Shown here in pieces: positions 12,703-20,843 of a stretch of 64,000 nucleotides of DNA (positions are counted from its first letter, which is position 1; every line of letters starts with the position of its first letter). The notes under the pieces were generated by a model, which saw only the letters and a list, made by a program, of their open reading frames with translations, made no database searches and was not told the DNA's origin. This DNA is from Bacteroidales bacterium (GTDB lineage: Bacteria; Bacteroidota; Bacteroidia; Bacteroidales; JAGOPY01). A program made the position numbers and the translations under genes. The DNA lies in contig JAHYJL010000001.1 in NCBI GenBank assembly GCA_019429045.1, positions 1,588-65,587 of the forward strand, written 5' to 3'.

Positions 12703-12737
12703 GTCGGCGGTCGGCGGTCGGCGGTCAGCGGTCGGCA
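12703..12737. repeat. (GTCGGCG) heptamer array, 5 units
   Basis: Read directly. The unit is the reverse complement (cyclic permutation) of the array at 2026..2052. It overlaps the stop of the 12725..13438 gene (...F-A-D-R-stop). Confidence 0.9.
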
Positions 12738-13438
12738 AATAGTATGCCTCCCACATCGGTCAGCGGTCCTTCATCCAGTTCAACGATTTTATAACCAAGT
12801 GATACCAGATATTCCTTGATTTGTCCGCTATCCGGATGATGGGAAAGACTACCGTTGATAAAGACGGTGTTTTCAAGCACTCCGCAGCAGCCGCCGAAGA
12901 AGCCGTGGGGGAAGCCTTCGAGTTTGATTTTGTGGGAGTTGACGAACAGAGAACAGGGATGGAGTCCGCCAGCTGGCGGATGGAGTCCCTGTAAAACCTT
13001 ATGAATCCCCGGATCACTGGTTATAAAATGCCCGTCTTTCAGCGGCAGCAAATTACACCGGCAATAGCCCTGGTCAACATGCACCGGGGTAAGATCTTCC
13101 AGGGTCCGTGTGATGGTAAAATCAGTATGGCGGAAATTATGGATGAGATACTTATCCATCGCAACGGCGTTATACCGGGAGGTGGCAGGGTATTCACCGC
13201 CTACCGGCAATTCGCCGGTAATGTACCTGATCTTGTGATCATCAAGTAATTTAAAGTACTTCTCCGGAAGGTTCGGCGCTGCAAAAAGATGGCCGGGCGA
13301 CTGGCAGAAGAAGATATCAGGATGCCCGGAAATGGCTGAATAAGTGATGCCCTGCGTCTGAAGCTCCATCAGTTCGCCGAACCGGGACAGCTTTTTCTTC
13401 GTACCTGAAGAAATCTTATGATTAATAATGATCAACAC
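12725..13438 (-). CDS. Conserved hypothetical protein (possibly DUF6873-like; family name recalled, not verified)
   Basis: The 237 aa ORF has a codon-usage-consistent frame and lies tail-to-head with the radical SAM gene. I cannot confirm any functional motif. Confidence 0.45.
   Translation of the reverse strand: MLIIINHKISSGTKKKLSRFGELMELQTQGITYSAISGHPDIFFCQSPGHLFAAPNLPEKYFKLLDDHKIRYITGELPVGGEYPATSRYNAVAMDKYLIHNFRHTDFTITRTLEDLTPVHVDQGYCRCNLLPLKDGHFITSDPGIHKVLQGLHPPAGGLHPCSLFVNSHKIKLEGFPHGFFGGCCGVLENTVFINGSLSHHPDSGQIKEYLVSLGYKIVELDEGPLTDVGGILFADR
12954..12991. repeat. Split or double copy of the iterated word around the palindrome GCCAGCTGGC
   Basis: CAGGGATGGAGTCC-GCCAGCTGGC-GGATGGAGTCCCTG on the + strand. 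It is translated on the minus strand as Q-G-L-H-P-P-A-G-G-L-H-P-C. Confidence 0.9.
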
Positions 13439-13446
13439 GCTTCATT

Positions 13447-13478
13447 AACACTTGAACACCCGAACACTTGAACACTCT
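13447..13478. repeat. (AACACYYG) octamer array, 4 units
   Basis: AACACTTG AACACCCG AACACTTG AACACTCT, ending at the radical SAM stop codon. Confidence 0.85.
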
Positions 13479-14488
13479 TAGAAGTACTCAACCCAAAATT
13501 CATTCGCTTTCAACTTCAAATCTTTCCCAAACCTGACCTCCCTGAAATGCTTCAGCAGCCTTTTCCGGTTCCTGCCGTAATATCCGACCGCATAGTTATA
13601 TTGGGATGGATGAACCGAAATCAGGATCACTTCGCCCTCCTCTCTTTGCCCTATGCCCTTCAGCCGGTCCCACCATACTTCGGTCATGGCCAGCTCCCGG
13701 AAAGATTCATGGCACGGGCCTGCCAGCAGCTCTTCACCGCGCAGGAGCCTGGTGGCGCCGTGCAGCCCGACACGGGTCACCTCCACCCCGGCCTCCTCAA
13801 ACAGCGGCAAAAGTTGTTTGACCCACCGGACAGCCTCATCCAGCGACAATGGCTTGTATTTCCCCTTTTCATACCATTCAGCCAGCGTTGTCCCTTTTAT
13901 CACCAACACCGGGTAGATCCGGGTTTCACTGGCCCCCAGCTCTATGATTCTACGCGCCGTGAAGAGCGATTTCTCCAGGGTGTCGCCGGGCAGACCGACC
14001 ATCATCTGCAATCCCAGCCGGAAGCCATGGTTGACAATCATCTGAGATGACATCTCAACATCCTGGGCCGTATGCCCCCGTACCGATTGTATCAATACCT
14101 CTTCATCCATCGACTGTGCGCCGAGCTCAATGGTGGTTACACCGAATTTTTTCAAGGGATGGAGTCCCTGTTCACTGATATAGTCCGGACGGGTAGAAAG
14201 CCTGATGCCCTTCACCTTACCGCTTTCCAGGAAAGAATTGGCCACCCGCAGGTAGCTCTCCTGTTCATCCAGCGGCAGCCCTGTGAAATTCCCTCCGAAA
14301 AAACCGATCTCAATATGATGCTTCCCCCTGGGATACGAAGCAAGATATTCTTCAATCAGGCATCGTACTTCTTCTGCATCGGGAATCTTTTTCCTGTTTG
14401 TGATCTTCCGTTGGTTACAAAAAACACATTGAAACGGGCATCCGAGTTCGGGGACGAAGACAGGTATGGTGTAATGTACAACCATCAT
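13478..14488 (-). CDS. Radical SAM protein (ELP3/MiaB/NifB-type core without an acetyltransferase domain)
   Basis: 336 aa ORF with the CPFQCVFCNQ (CxxxCxxC) cluster near the N-terminus. Confidence 0.8.
   Translation of the reverse strand: MMVVHYTIPVFVPELGCPFQCVFCNQRKITNRKKIPDAEEVRCLIEEYLASYPRGKHHIEIGFFGGNFTGLPLDEQESYLRVANSFLESGKVKGIRLSTRPDYISEQGLHPLKKFGVTTIELGAQSMDEEVLIQSVRGHTAQDVEMSSQMIVNHGFRLGLQMMVGLPGDTLEKSLFTARRIIELGASETRIYPVLVIKGTTLAEWYEKGKYKPLSLDEAVRWVKQLLPLFEEAGVEVTRVGLHGATRLLRGEELLAGPCHESFRELAMTEVWWDRLKGIGQREEGEVILISVHPSQYNYAVGYYGRNRKRLLKHFREVRFGKDLKLKANEFWVEYF
14155..14170. repeat. Copy of the iterated word (AGGGATGGAGTCCCTG)
   Basis: Inside the radical SAM CDS, read as E-Q-G-L-H-P-L. 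Confidence 0.9.
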
Positions 14489-15174
14489 CCCCCAACCTCC
14501 ATCAGCTTTTTCCTATCCAGTATCCGCACCACCCGCCGGTCGACCGAAATGATTCCCTCATCCGCCATTTCGCCCAAGGTGCGGGCCAGTGAAGGGCGTG
14601 CGACACCAAACTGCTCTGCCAGGGCATTCTGTGTCAGCGGCATCTCGACCATCGTTTTATCCGGACCGGCCAGGGAAAGAATGTACTGGGCAATCTTGCC
14701 CCGGATGGTTTTGAATGATAAAAATTTCAACTTGTTGGCCAACATCTGGGTCTGGCCGGAAATCACGTTCAGGAAATTTTGCAGGATGCGAATATCGCTT
14801 TGAAGCATTTTCATGAACTCATATTTGGGAATGTAAAGTATCCTGGTTTTTTCGTTGGCCAGTACATTGACAGGAAACCTGTTCTGCTTACCGAATATGA
14901 AAGCCGTTGCCAGTGTCCGTGGGGCTTTAATGTCATCGATCGTGATCACTTTCCCCGAAAAATCCTGCATCTCCCCCTTCAAACTTCCTTCCAGCACACA
15001 CATCAGAAAGTTTACCGGCTCCCCACTGAAGGCAGCAATCTCCCCCACCTCAAATGTCCGTGTAAAGTGATGGGCATTGCTGAAAACACTCTCGATCTCA
15101 TGCCCGTCAAGCCCTATAAAAATCGGACATCGGGTCAGGATTTCAAGATGCTCGGGTGACAGTTTTGAGGACAT
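14485..15174 (-). CDS. Crp/Fnr family transcriptional regulator (HcpR-like by context)
   Basis: 229 aa ORF with a cNMP-binding-like N-terminal domain and a C-terminal HTH (...LAEQFGVARPSLARTLGEM...). It is divergent from the nitrite/NO cluster. Confidence 0.8.
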   Translation of the reverse strand: MSSKLSPEHLEILTRCPIFIGLDGHEIESVFSNAHHFTRTFEVGEIAAFSGEPVNFLMCVLEGSLKGEMQDFSGKVITIDDIKAPRTLATAFIFGKQNRFPVNVLANEKTRILYIPKYEFMKMLQSDIRILQNFLNVISGQTQMLANKLKFLSFKTIRGKIAQYILSLAGPDKTMVEMPLTQNALAEQFGVARPSLARTLGEMADEGIISVDRRVVRILDRKKLMEVGG

Positions 15175-15243
15175 ATCATGAGAAATTCTAAATTATAGAA
15201 TAACCATGTAAAAATAATGGTTTTATGCAAGTCTTCGAGTTAT

Positions 15244-15259
15244 TGTAACATTTGTTACA
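15244..15259. promoter_or_regulatory. Perfect inverted repeat TGTAACA-TT-TGTTACA; candidate Crp/Fnr (HcpR-type) operator
   Basis: 16 nt palindrome in the divergent spacer, centred about 33 nt upstream of the TAATTTTG box. Confidence 0.55.
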
Positions 15260-15280
15260 TCCAGATAGGATTACAAGGGC

Positions 15281-15288
15281 TAATTTTG
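15281..15288 (+). promoter_or_regulatory. Candidate -7 box (TAATTTTG)
   Basis: TAnnTTTG match 19 nt upstream of the ATG at 15307. Confidence 0.35.
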
Positions 15289-15306
15289 CTTGTAAATGGA
15301 ATCAAT

Positions 15307-16191
15307 ATGCAACGCGAAATCATCAAAATAGACGAAGAAAAATGCAACGGCTGCGGGTTATGCATCCCGGCATGCCCGGAAGGGGCGCTGCAGATCATCG
15401 ATGGGAAGGCGCGGCTGGTATCGGACCTGATGTGCGACGGCCTGGGGGCCTGTATCGGCGAATGTCCGGAAGGGGCCATTGAGATAGAACTTCGCGAAGC
15501 GGAGCCCTATAACGAAAAGGCGGTTATCAAAGAGATTGTCAAATTCGGCGAAAATACCGTAATCGCCCACCTGAAGCACCTGCTGGATCATAATGAAATG
15601 AAGTATTTCGGGGATGCGATGGAGTATCTCGAAAAGCATCATGGTGAACTTACTTTCGATCTTGAAGATACACTTGAAAAGGTATATGGAGAAGGGATCA
15701 ATGGCGGAGGTTGTGCCGTGGGAGGCTGTCCGGGGGTGAAAAGTTTTGATTTCATCATAAAAACGGATGAGAGGGATGGAGTCCCTGTTGAGATTCCTGC
15801 CGAAATTCCTTCTGAACTGCGCCAGTGGCCGGTACAGATGCATCTCATCAACCCGGTCGCACCCTATTTCCGTACCGCCGAGGTGGTGCTGGCCGCCGAC
15901 TGTGTCGCTTTCTCCATCGGCAACTTCCACCAGAAGTTTCTCAGGGGCCGCAGCCTGGCGATCGCCTGCCCGAAGCTGGACCAGGGCAAAGAGGTGTACG
16001 TGGAAAAGCTAAAAACGATGATCGACGAAGCTCAGATCAGTAGTTTGAACGTGATCGTAATGGAAGTGCCGTGTTGCAGCGGCCTGGTTCACATCGCAGG
16101 GCTTGCAAGAGAGGCGGCGGAGAGAAAAGTCCCGCTGAAAAAGACAGTCGTGAGCATTAAAGGGGAAGTGCTGTTCGAGGATTTTATCTGA
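15307..16191 (+). CDS. 4Fe-4S dicluster domain protein
   Basis: MQREIIKIDEEKCNGCGLCIPACPEGAL... plus CDGLGACIGECP. The ATG at 15307 is preferred over the track start at 15217. Confidence 0.75.
   Translation: MQREIIKIDEEKCNGCGLCIPACPEGALQIIDGKARLVSDLMCDGLGACIGECPEGAIEIELREAEPYNEKAVIKEIVKFGENTVIAHLKHLLDHNEMKYFGDAMEYLEKHHGELTFDLEDTLEKVYGEGINGGGCAVGGCPGVKSFDFIIKTDERDGVPVEIPAEIPSELRQWPVQMHLINPVAPYFRTAEVVLAADCVAFSIGNFHQKFLRGRSLAIACPKLDQGKEVYVEKLKTMIDEAQISSLNVIVMEVPCCSGLVHIAGLAREAAERKVPLKKTVVSIKGEVLFEDFI
15772..15787. repeat. Copy of the iterated word (AGGGATGGAGTCCCTG)
   Basis: Inside the 4Fe-4S protein CDS, read as R-D-G-V-P-V. Confidence 0.9.
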
Positions 16192-16207
16192 CAATTGTCG
16201 ATGAATT

Positions 16208-16254
16208 ATTCACCACAGATTTCTCAGATTTACACAGATTTATCACAGATAATT
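16208..16254 (+). repeat. CACAGAT-word element, copy 1
   Basis: TTCACCACAGATTTCTCAGATTTACACAGATTTATCACAGATAA, starting 17 nt after the stop of the preceding + gene. The first 22 nt are identical to the copy at 38106. Confidence 0.9.
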
Positions 16255-16260
16255 AAGCAT

Positions 16261-16292
16261 AAATTCAACATTCAAAATTCAAAATTTAAAAC
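16261..16292. repeat. (AAATTCA/AAAATTC) A/T-rich heptamer-like array
   Basis: AAATTCAACATTCAAAATTCAAAATTTAAAAC, read directly. Confidence 0.7.
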
Positions 16293-16299
16293 TACCCTT

Positions 16300-16629
16300 A
16301 TGGAAACTCAATTATTCAGCCATTCAACAATAATGAACTTCAGCGACAAGGTAGACTATTCCGCAGAAGGGATTGTCAGCAAGCGCGTTATTCAGAAAGA
16401 AAAAGGCAATGTAACGCTGTTTGCGTTCGACAAAGGCCAGAAACTCAGTGAGCACTCCGCCCCTTTCGATGCGTTGGTGCAAGTGCTCGAAGGCAAAGCG
16501 GAGATCATGATCAACCGCGTGCCGTACATTCTGACTGCCGGCCAGGCGATCATCATGCCGGCGAACATCCCGCATGCGGTGAATGCGGTGGAGCGGTTCA
16601 AGATGTTGCTGACGATGATCAAGGAGTAG
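16300..16629 (+). CDS. Cupin domain protein
   Basis: METQLFSH...GQKLSEHSAPFDALVQVLEGKAEI...IIMPANIPHAV. The ATG at 16300 is preferred, because the track start at 16195 lies in repeat DNA. Confidence 0.7.
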   Translation: METQLFSHSTIMNFSDKVDYSAEGIVSKRVIQKEKGNVTLFAFDKGQKLSEHSAPFDALVQVLEGKAEIMINRVPYILTAGQAIIMPANIPHAVNAVERFKMLLTMIKE

Positions 16630-16634
16630 CTATT

Positions 16635-17870
16635 ATGAGCGAACTGATCAACAACTCCGAAAAGCGCAAGGAGCTGCTCAAGCATATGATCCTGCAGCTT
16701 CATGCCGGCGAAGCGCCGGCTGAAGCGCGCAAGCAACTGGTTAACCTGCTGCAGAAAATCCCCTACGGCGAAGTGGTGGAGGTGGAGCAGGAGCTGATCT
16801 CCGAAGGGACCCTCAGCGAGGCTGAAGTGCTGCAATTTTGCGATATCCACAGCGAAGCGCTGGACGGCCATATCGACCTGTCGGGAATGAAAATCGTGCC
16901 CCCGGGGCACCCTGTCGATACCTTCAAAAGGGAAAACAAGGAACTCCTGAAAGTGGTCGATCAACTCGAAGAGCTTTATAAAAAGGGAGCCTCCCTGAAG
17001 GATGAAACGGATATCTCACCCTGGTTCCTGGAGATGAAAACCCTGTTCAACAGCCTGATGGATGTGGAAAAACATTATCTCCGCAAGGAAAACCTGGTAT
17101 TCCCCTACCTGGAGAAATACGGCATCACAGGCCCTCCCAAGGTAATGTGGGGCAAGCATAACGAGATCAGGGAATTGCTGAAAGCAGCCATCGAGGTACT
17201 GAACAACCCGGAGGGACTCCATCCCGAAGAGGCCACCGCCGCCGTGCAGCTAATCCTGAAACCGGCATCCGACGGTGTGGCAGATATGACCATGAAAGAA
17301 GACCAGATCCTGCTACCGATGGTGATGGATAAACTATCGGATATGGAATGGTACGAGATATACCGCCAGACGCTGGAGATCGGTTTTTGCCTGTACGACC
17401 CCGATATTGAATGGAAGCCGGAAAATATCGATGAATCGCAGTTGGAAGTATCCGACAGCGACCTCATCCAGCTTCCTTCCGGCAGCTTCACCAAAGCCGA
17501 ACTGCAGGCTATCCTGAACACCCTTCCGGTGGATATGACATTTGTCGATAAAGACGAGAAAGTCAGGTACTTCAGCCAGGGGAAAGAGCGGATTTTCCAT
17601 CGCAGCCGGGCGATCCTGAACCGGGATGTCAAGCTGTGCCATCCGCCGTCGAGCGTGCATGTGGTGGAACAGATCCTGGATGACTTCAAGAGCAGCCGGC
17701 AGGATCATGCCCCCTTCTGGATCCAGATGAAGGGGAAGTTCATCCACATCGAATACTTTGCCCTCAGGGATGAAAACGGCAATTACCTCGGCACCCTCGA
17801 AGTCTCGCAGGACCTCACCGGCCACCGCGCCTTGGAAGGCGAACAACGGATACTTTCCTATTCGAAATAA
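16635..17870 (+). CDS. DUF438 family protein (hemerythrin-like plus PAS-like domains)
   Basis: 411 aa ORF with the architecture typical of NO/nitrite-responsive clusters. Confidence 0.7.
   Translation: MSELINNSEKRKELLKHMILQLHAGEAPAEARKQLVNLLQKIPYGEVVEVEQELISEGTLSEAEVLQFCDIHSEALDGHIDLSGMKIVPPGHPVDTFKRENKELLKVVDQLEELYKKGASLKDETDISPWFLEMKTLFNSLMDVEKHYLRKENLVFPYLEKYGITGPPKVMWGKHNEIRELLKAAIEVLNNPEGLHPEEATAAVQLILKPASDGVADMTMKEDQILLPMVMDKLSDMEWYEIYRQTLEIGFCLYDPDIEWKPENIDESQLEVSDSDLIQLPSGSFTKAELQAILNTLPVDMTFVDKDEKVRYFSQGKERIFHRSRAILNRDVKLCHPPSSVHVVEQILDDFKSSRQDHAPFWIQMKGKFIHIEYFALRDENGNYLGTLEVSQDLTGHRALEGEQRILSYSK
17212..17225. repeat. Copy of the iterated word (AGGGACTCCATCCC)
   Basis: Inside the DUF438 CDS, read as P-E-G-L-H-P-E. 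Confidence 0.9.
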
Positions 17871-17962
17871 AACATTCGAAACACAAAACACGAAACACGA
17901 AACACAAAACACGAAACACAAAACACGAAACACGAAACACAAAACACGAAACACGAAACACT
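17871..17962. repeat. (AACACGA/AACACAA) heptamer array, about 13 units
   Basis: Fills the whole spacer from the DUF438 stop codon to the GTG of the next gene. Confidence 0.95.
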
Positions 17963-18490
17963 GTGGAACAACTAATCATAACTCCCAAAACAAAAATTCA
18001 CGAACTCCTCCAGGCCTACCCGGAGCTGGAGGAACTGCTGATAGAAATGGCGCCGGTCTTTAAAAAACTCCAGCACCCGGTTCTCCGGCGGACCATCGCC
18101 CGCGTGACGACAATCCAGCAAGCTGCCGCAGTGGGTGAAATTCCTGTACAGCAACTGGTTAACACACTTCGTGCAAAAGTTGGCCAGGACAGCCTGGAGG
18201 GAATAGATTCCATTGGCGGAAAGCCAACCGAAAAACCTCACTGGTTAAATGAAGCCAGGATTGTGATACGGTTAGATGCCCGGCCGGTAATAGAAGCGGG
18301 CGGGCATCCGCTGGGCGAGGTACTTACCGGCGTTTCGGACCTTAAACCCGGTGAGATTTTTCTGCTGACCACCCCTTTTGTCCCTGCTCCATTGATCGAA
18401 AGGGTCGTTGAACAGGGTTTTGATGCCTGGACAGAAAAAATTTCTTCCGATCATTTTTGCAGTTACTTTTTGAAAAAAGATTATATTTGA
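17963..18490 (+). CDS. DUF1858 plus DUF2249-like domain protein
   Basis: 175 aa ORF: MEQLIITPKTKIHELLQAYPELEELL... (ScdA_N/DUF1858-like) followed by a DUF2249-like C-terminal half. Confidence 0.65.
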   Translation: MEQLIITPKTKIHELLQAYPELEELLIEMAPVFKKLQHPVLRRTIARVTTIQQAAAVGEIPVQQLVNTLRAKVGQDSLEGIDSIGGKPTEKPHWLNEARIVIRLDARPVIEAGGHPLGEVLTGVSDLKPGEIFLLTTPFVPAPLIERVVEQGFDAWTEKISSDHFCSYFLKKDYI

Positions 18491-18529
18491 GACCGATGTG
18501 AATGAGATAACCCCTCAATCTGACCGGTT

Positions 18530-19150
18530 ATGATCAGGAAAATCGTTCATTCTTATGCCCCACCCCCGCAATGGTACCTGCCGGTGATCATTGTACTGGG
18601 GGTTTTTGTCGGTGTGGCGGTAATGATTTTCAGGACTTCCCGGGCCCACTCATACCTCTCGGACAAGCCGGAGACCTGCATGAACTGCCACATTATGGCT
18701 CCGCAGTATGCTACCTGGAGCCACAGTTCACATCGTGAAGTTGCTGTTTGCAACGATTGCCATGTACCCCAGGACAATTTCTTCCGGAAATACTATTTCA
18801 AAGCGATGGATGGCATGCGGCATGCCACTATATTTACCCTCAGGCTTGAACCGCAGGTAATCTTTATCAAAAAAGCCGGTGTAGGTGTCGTGCAGGAAAA
18901 CTGTGTGCGATGTCACAATGAGTTGATCCGGGATGCGAAATTGATGTCGCTGGTCCATCATCTGGATCATGAGCGCACCGACCGGCTTTGCTGGGATTGT
19001 CACCGGGAGGTCCCCCACGGAAGGGTCAACAGCATCTCAAGCGTCCCCAATGCCCGCGTGCCGCTTCCCTCGAGCGCCGTGCCGGATTGGATGAAAGTCA
19101 GCCGGCAGCCGGCAGTCAGCAGTCGGCAAAGTTCAAACATTATGCATTAA
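18530..19150 (+). CDS. nrfH: Cytochrome c nitrite reductase small subunit NrfH (NapC/NirT family)
   Basis: N-terminal TM segment and four CxxCH motifs (CMNCH, CNDCH, CVRCH, CWDCH). The C-terminal tail is encoded by repeat arrays. Confidence 0.9.
   Translation: MIRKIVHSYAPPPQWYLPVIIVLGVFVGVAVMIFRTSRAHSYLSDKPETCMNCHIMAPQYATWSHSSHREVAVCNDCHVPQDNFFRKYYFKAMDGMRHATIFTLRLEPQVIFIKKAGVGVVQENCVRCHNELIRDAKLMSLVHHLDHERTDRLCWDCHREVPHGRVNSISSVPNARVPLPSSAVPDWMKVSRQPAVSSRQSSNIMH
19097..19131. repeat. (GGCAGYC-like) heptamer array, 5 units
   Basis: GTCAGCC GGCAGCC GGCAGTC AGCAGTC GGCAAAG, lying inside the nrfH 3' end. Confidence 0.8.
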
Positions 19151-19211
19151 ACATTATGCATTATGCATTATGCATTATGCATTATGCATTATTAATTAAA
19201 CATTAAACATT
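19135..19211. repeat. (CATTATG) and (AAACATT) heptamer arrays
   Basis: AAACATTATGCATTAAACATTATGCATTATGCATTATGCATTATGCATTATGCATTATTAATTAAACATTAAACATT. The array contains the nrfH stop codon and ends 7 nt before the nrfA ATG. Confidence 0.9.
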
Positions 19212-19217
19212 CCTAAT

Positions 19218-20723
19218 ATGGCAACCCTGAACGAAAACATCCGAAAGAAGCCCTGGCTTGGCTGGGTGATCTTCCTGGTCACAGTAGTGATCGTCTTTTT
19301 CCTGGGCCTGCTGGCCTCTTCCATCATGGAGCGCCGGGCGGAGGCGGTGTTTGCCTACACCCCACAGGTGAATTACGAGTCGTGGGAGCCGCGCAACGCC
19401 GTCTGGGGAAAAGTGTTTCCCAGGGAATACCAGTCATATCTGCAAACGGCCGACACCACTTTCCGGAGTAAATATAATGGCGCTGCAATGATCGACATGC
19501 TCGAACTATATCCCCGCCTGTCAGTATTGTGGGCCGGTTATGGCTTTGCCAGGGATTACAACCAGGGCCGCGGCCATTATTACGCCATCACCGATGTGCG
19601 CAACACCCTGCGCACAGGGGCGCCGATGGACGGAAAGCCCAGTCCGCAGCCCAATACCTGCTGGGCCTGCAAAAGCACCGACGTGCCCCGGATGATGCAG
19701 ACCATCGGCATCGCGGAGACCTATGCCGGTACCTGGGAAACGCTCGGACACGAAATAGTGAACGGCATCGGCTGTGCCGACTGCCACGACGCCAAAACGA
19801 TGAACCTGCGCATCAGCCGGCCGGCGTTGGTAGAGGCCTTTGAGAGAATAGGAAAAGACATCACCCGCGCCTCGCACCAGGAAATGCGCTCGCTGGTATG
19901 CGCCCAGTGCCATGTGGAATACTATTTCGATAACAGGGAAGGAAGGCAGAACTATCTTACTCTTCCCTGGGACAATGGGCTGAAAGCGGAAGACATGGAA
20001 CGCTACTACGATGCCATCAATTTTTCCGACTGGACCCATGCCCTCAGCAAAGCCCCTATGCTGAAAGCGCAGCATCCCGACTGGGAGGTGTATATGACGG
20101 GCATCCATGCCGAAAGGGGCGTTTCATGCGCCGACTGCCATATGCCATATAAAAGTGAAGGCGGCCTGAAATTCACCGACCATCACCTGCAAAGCCCGCT
20201 GAACAACGTGGAAGCCTCCTGCGCCGTCTGCCACAGGGAAAAAACCATGACCCTGATCAAAAATGTATATGACCGTCAGGACCAGATATACATGAATAGA
20301 AGTAAACTGGAAGAATTGCTGGTGCGTGCGCATGTTGAAGCAAAAAAAGCCTGGGACCTCGGGGCAACAGGGGAACAGATGCAAGATATCCTGATGGGCA
20401 TCCGCCATTCGCAATGGCGCTGGGACTACGCGGCTGCAGGCCACGGATCCTCCTTCCACGCCCCCGTGGAAACAAGCCGGGTTATCGGTTCAGCGATCAA
20501 TATCGCCCAGGAAACCCGTATAAAACTGGCCAGGTTACTGGCGTCGCTGGGGTATAATGAAGAAGTGCCTTATCCCGATATCTCCACCAAGGCTAAAGCA
20601 CAGGCATTCATCGGCCTGGATATGCAAAAGCTGAACGATGACAAACAGGTATTTCTTCAGAAGGTCATCCCGGTATGGGATAGCCTGGCAGCCGCACGCG
20701 AATCAGAATACCCGCTACGCTAG
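19218..20723 (+). CDS. nrfA: Ammonia-forming pentahaem cytochrome c nitrite reductase
   Basis: 501 aa ORF with the diagnostic CWACK haem motif plus four CxxCH motifs. Confidence 0.95.
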   Translation: MATLNENIRKKPWLGWVIFLVTVVIVFFLGLLASSIMERRAEAVFAYTPQVNYESWEPRNAVWGKVFPREYQSYLQTADTTFRSKYNGAAMIDMLELYPRLSVLWAGYGFARDYNQGRGHYYAITDVRNTLRTGAPMDGKPSPQPNTCWACKSTDVPRMMQTIGIAETYAGTWETLGHEIVNGIGCADCHDAKTMNLRISRPALVEAFERIGKDITRASHQEMRSLVCAQCHVEYYFDNREGRQNYLTLPWDNGLKAEDMERYYDAINFSDWTHALSKAPMLKAQHPDWEVYMTGIHAERGVSCADCHMPYKSEGGLKFTDHHLQSPLNNVEASCAVCHREKTMTLIKNVYDRQDQIYMNRSKLEELLVRAHVEAKKAWDLGATGEQMQDILMGIRHSQWRWDYAAAGHGSSFHAPVETSRVIGSAINIAQETRIKLARLLASLGYNEEVPYPDISTKAKAQAFIGLDMQKLNDDKQVFLQKVIPVWDSLAAARESEYPLR

Positions 20724-20843
20724 ATTATACAATATTCTTAACGTAATGATGTTAATATTTCTGACCGGGTTGTTCCGGGGCAGGGGTTTTCGGTATTACT
20801 TTTATGCCCTGAAAAATATGTTGTTATCCTGATAATATTACTG

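Noticed and set aside
17334-17954. 206-aa ORF starting MFRVLCFVFRVLCFVF..., and the ORFs 9116..9316, 9153..9383, 17758..18063, 18988..19206 and 53461..53736 (NHKGHEGYHKVHKG)
   Set aside because: Their distinctive parts are simply translations of tandem word arrays or repeat arms, and the remainder is antisense to real genes.
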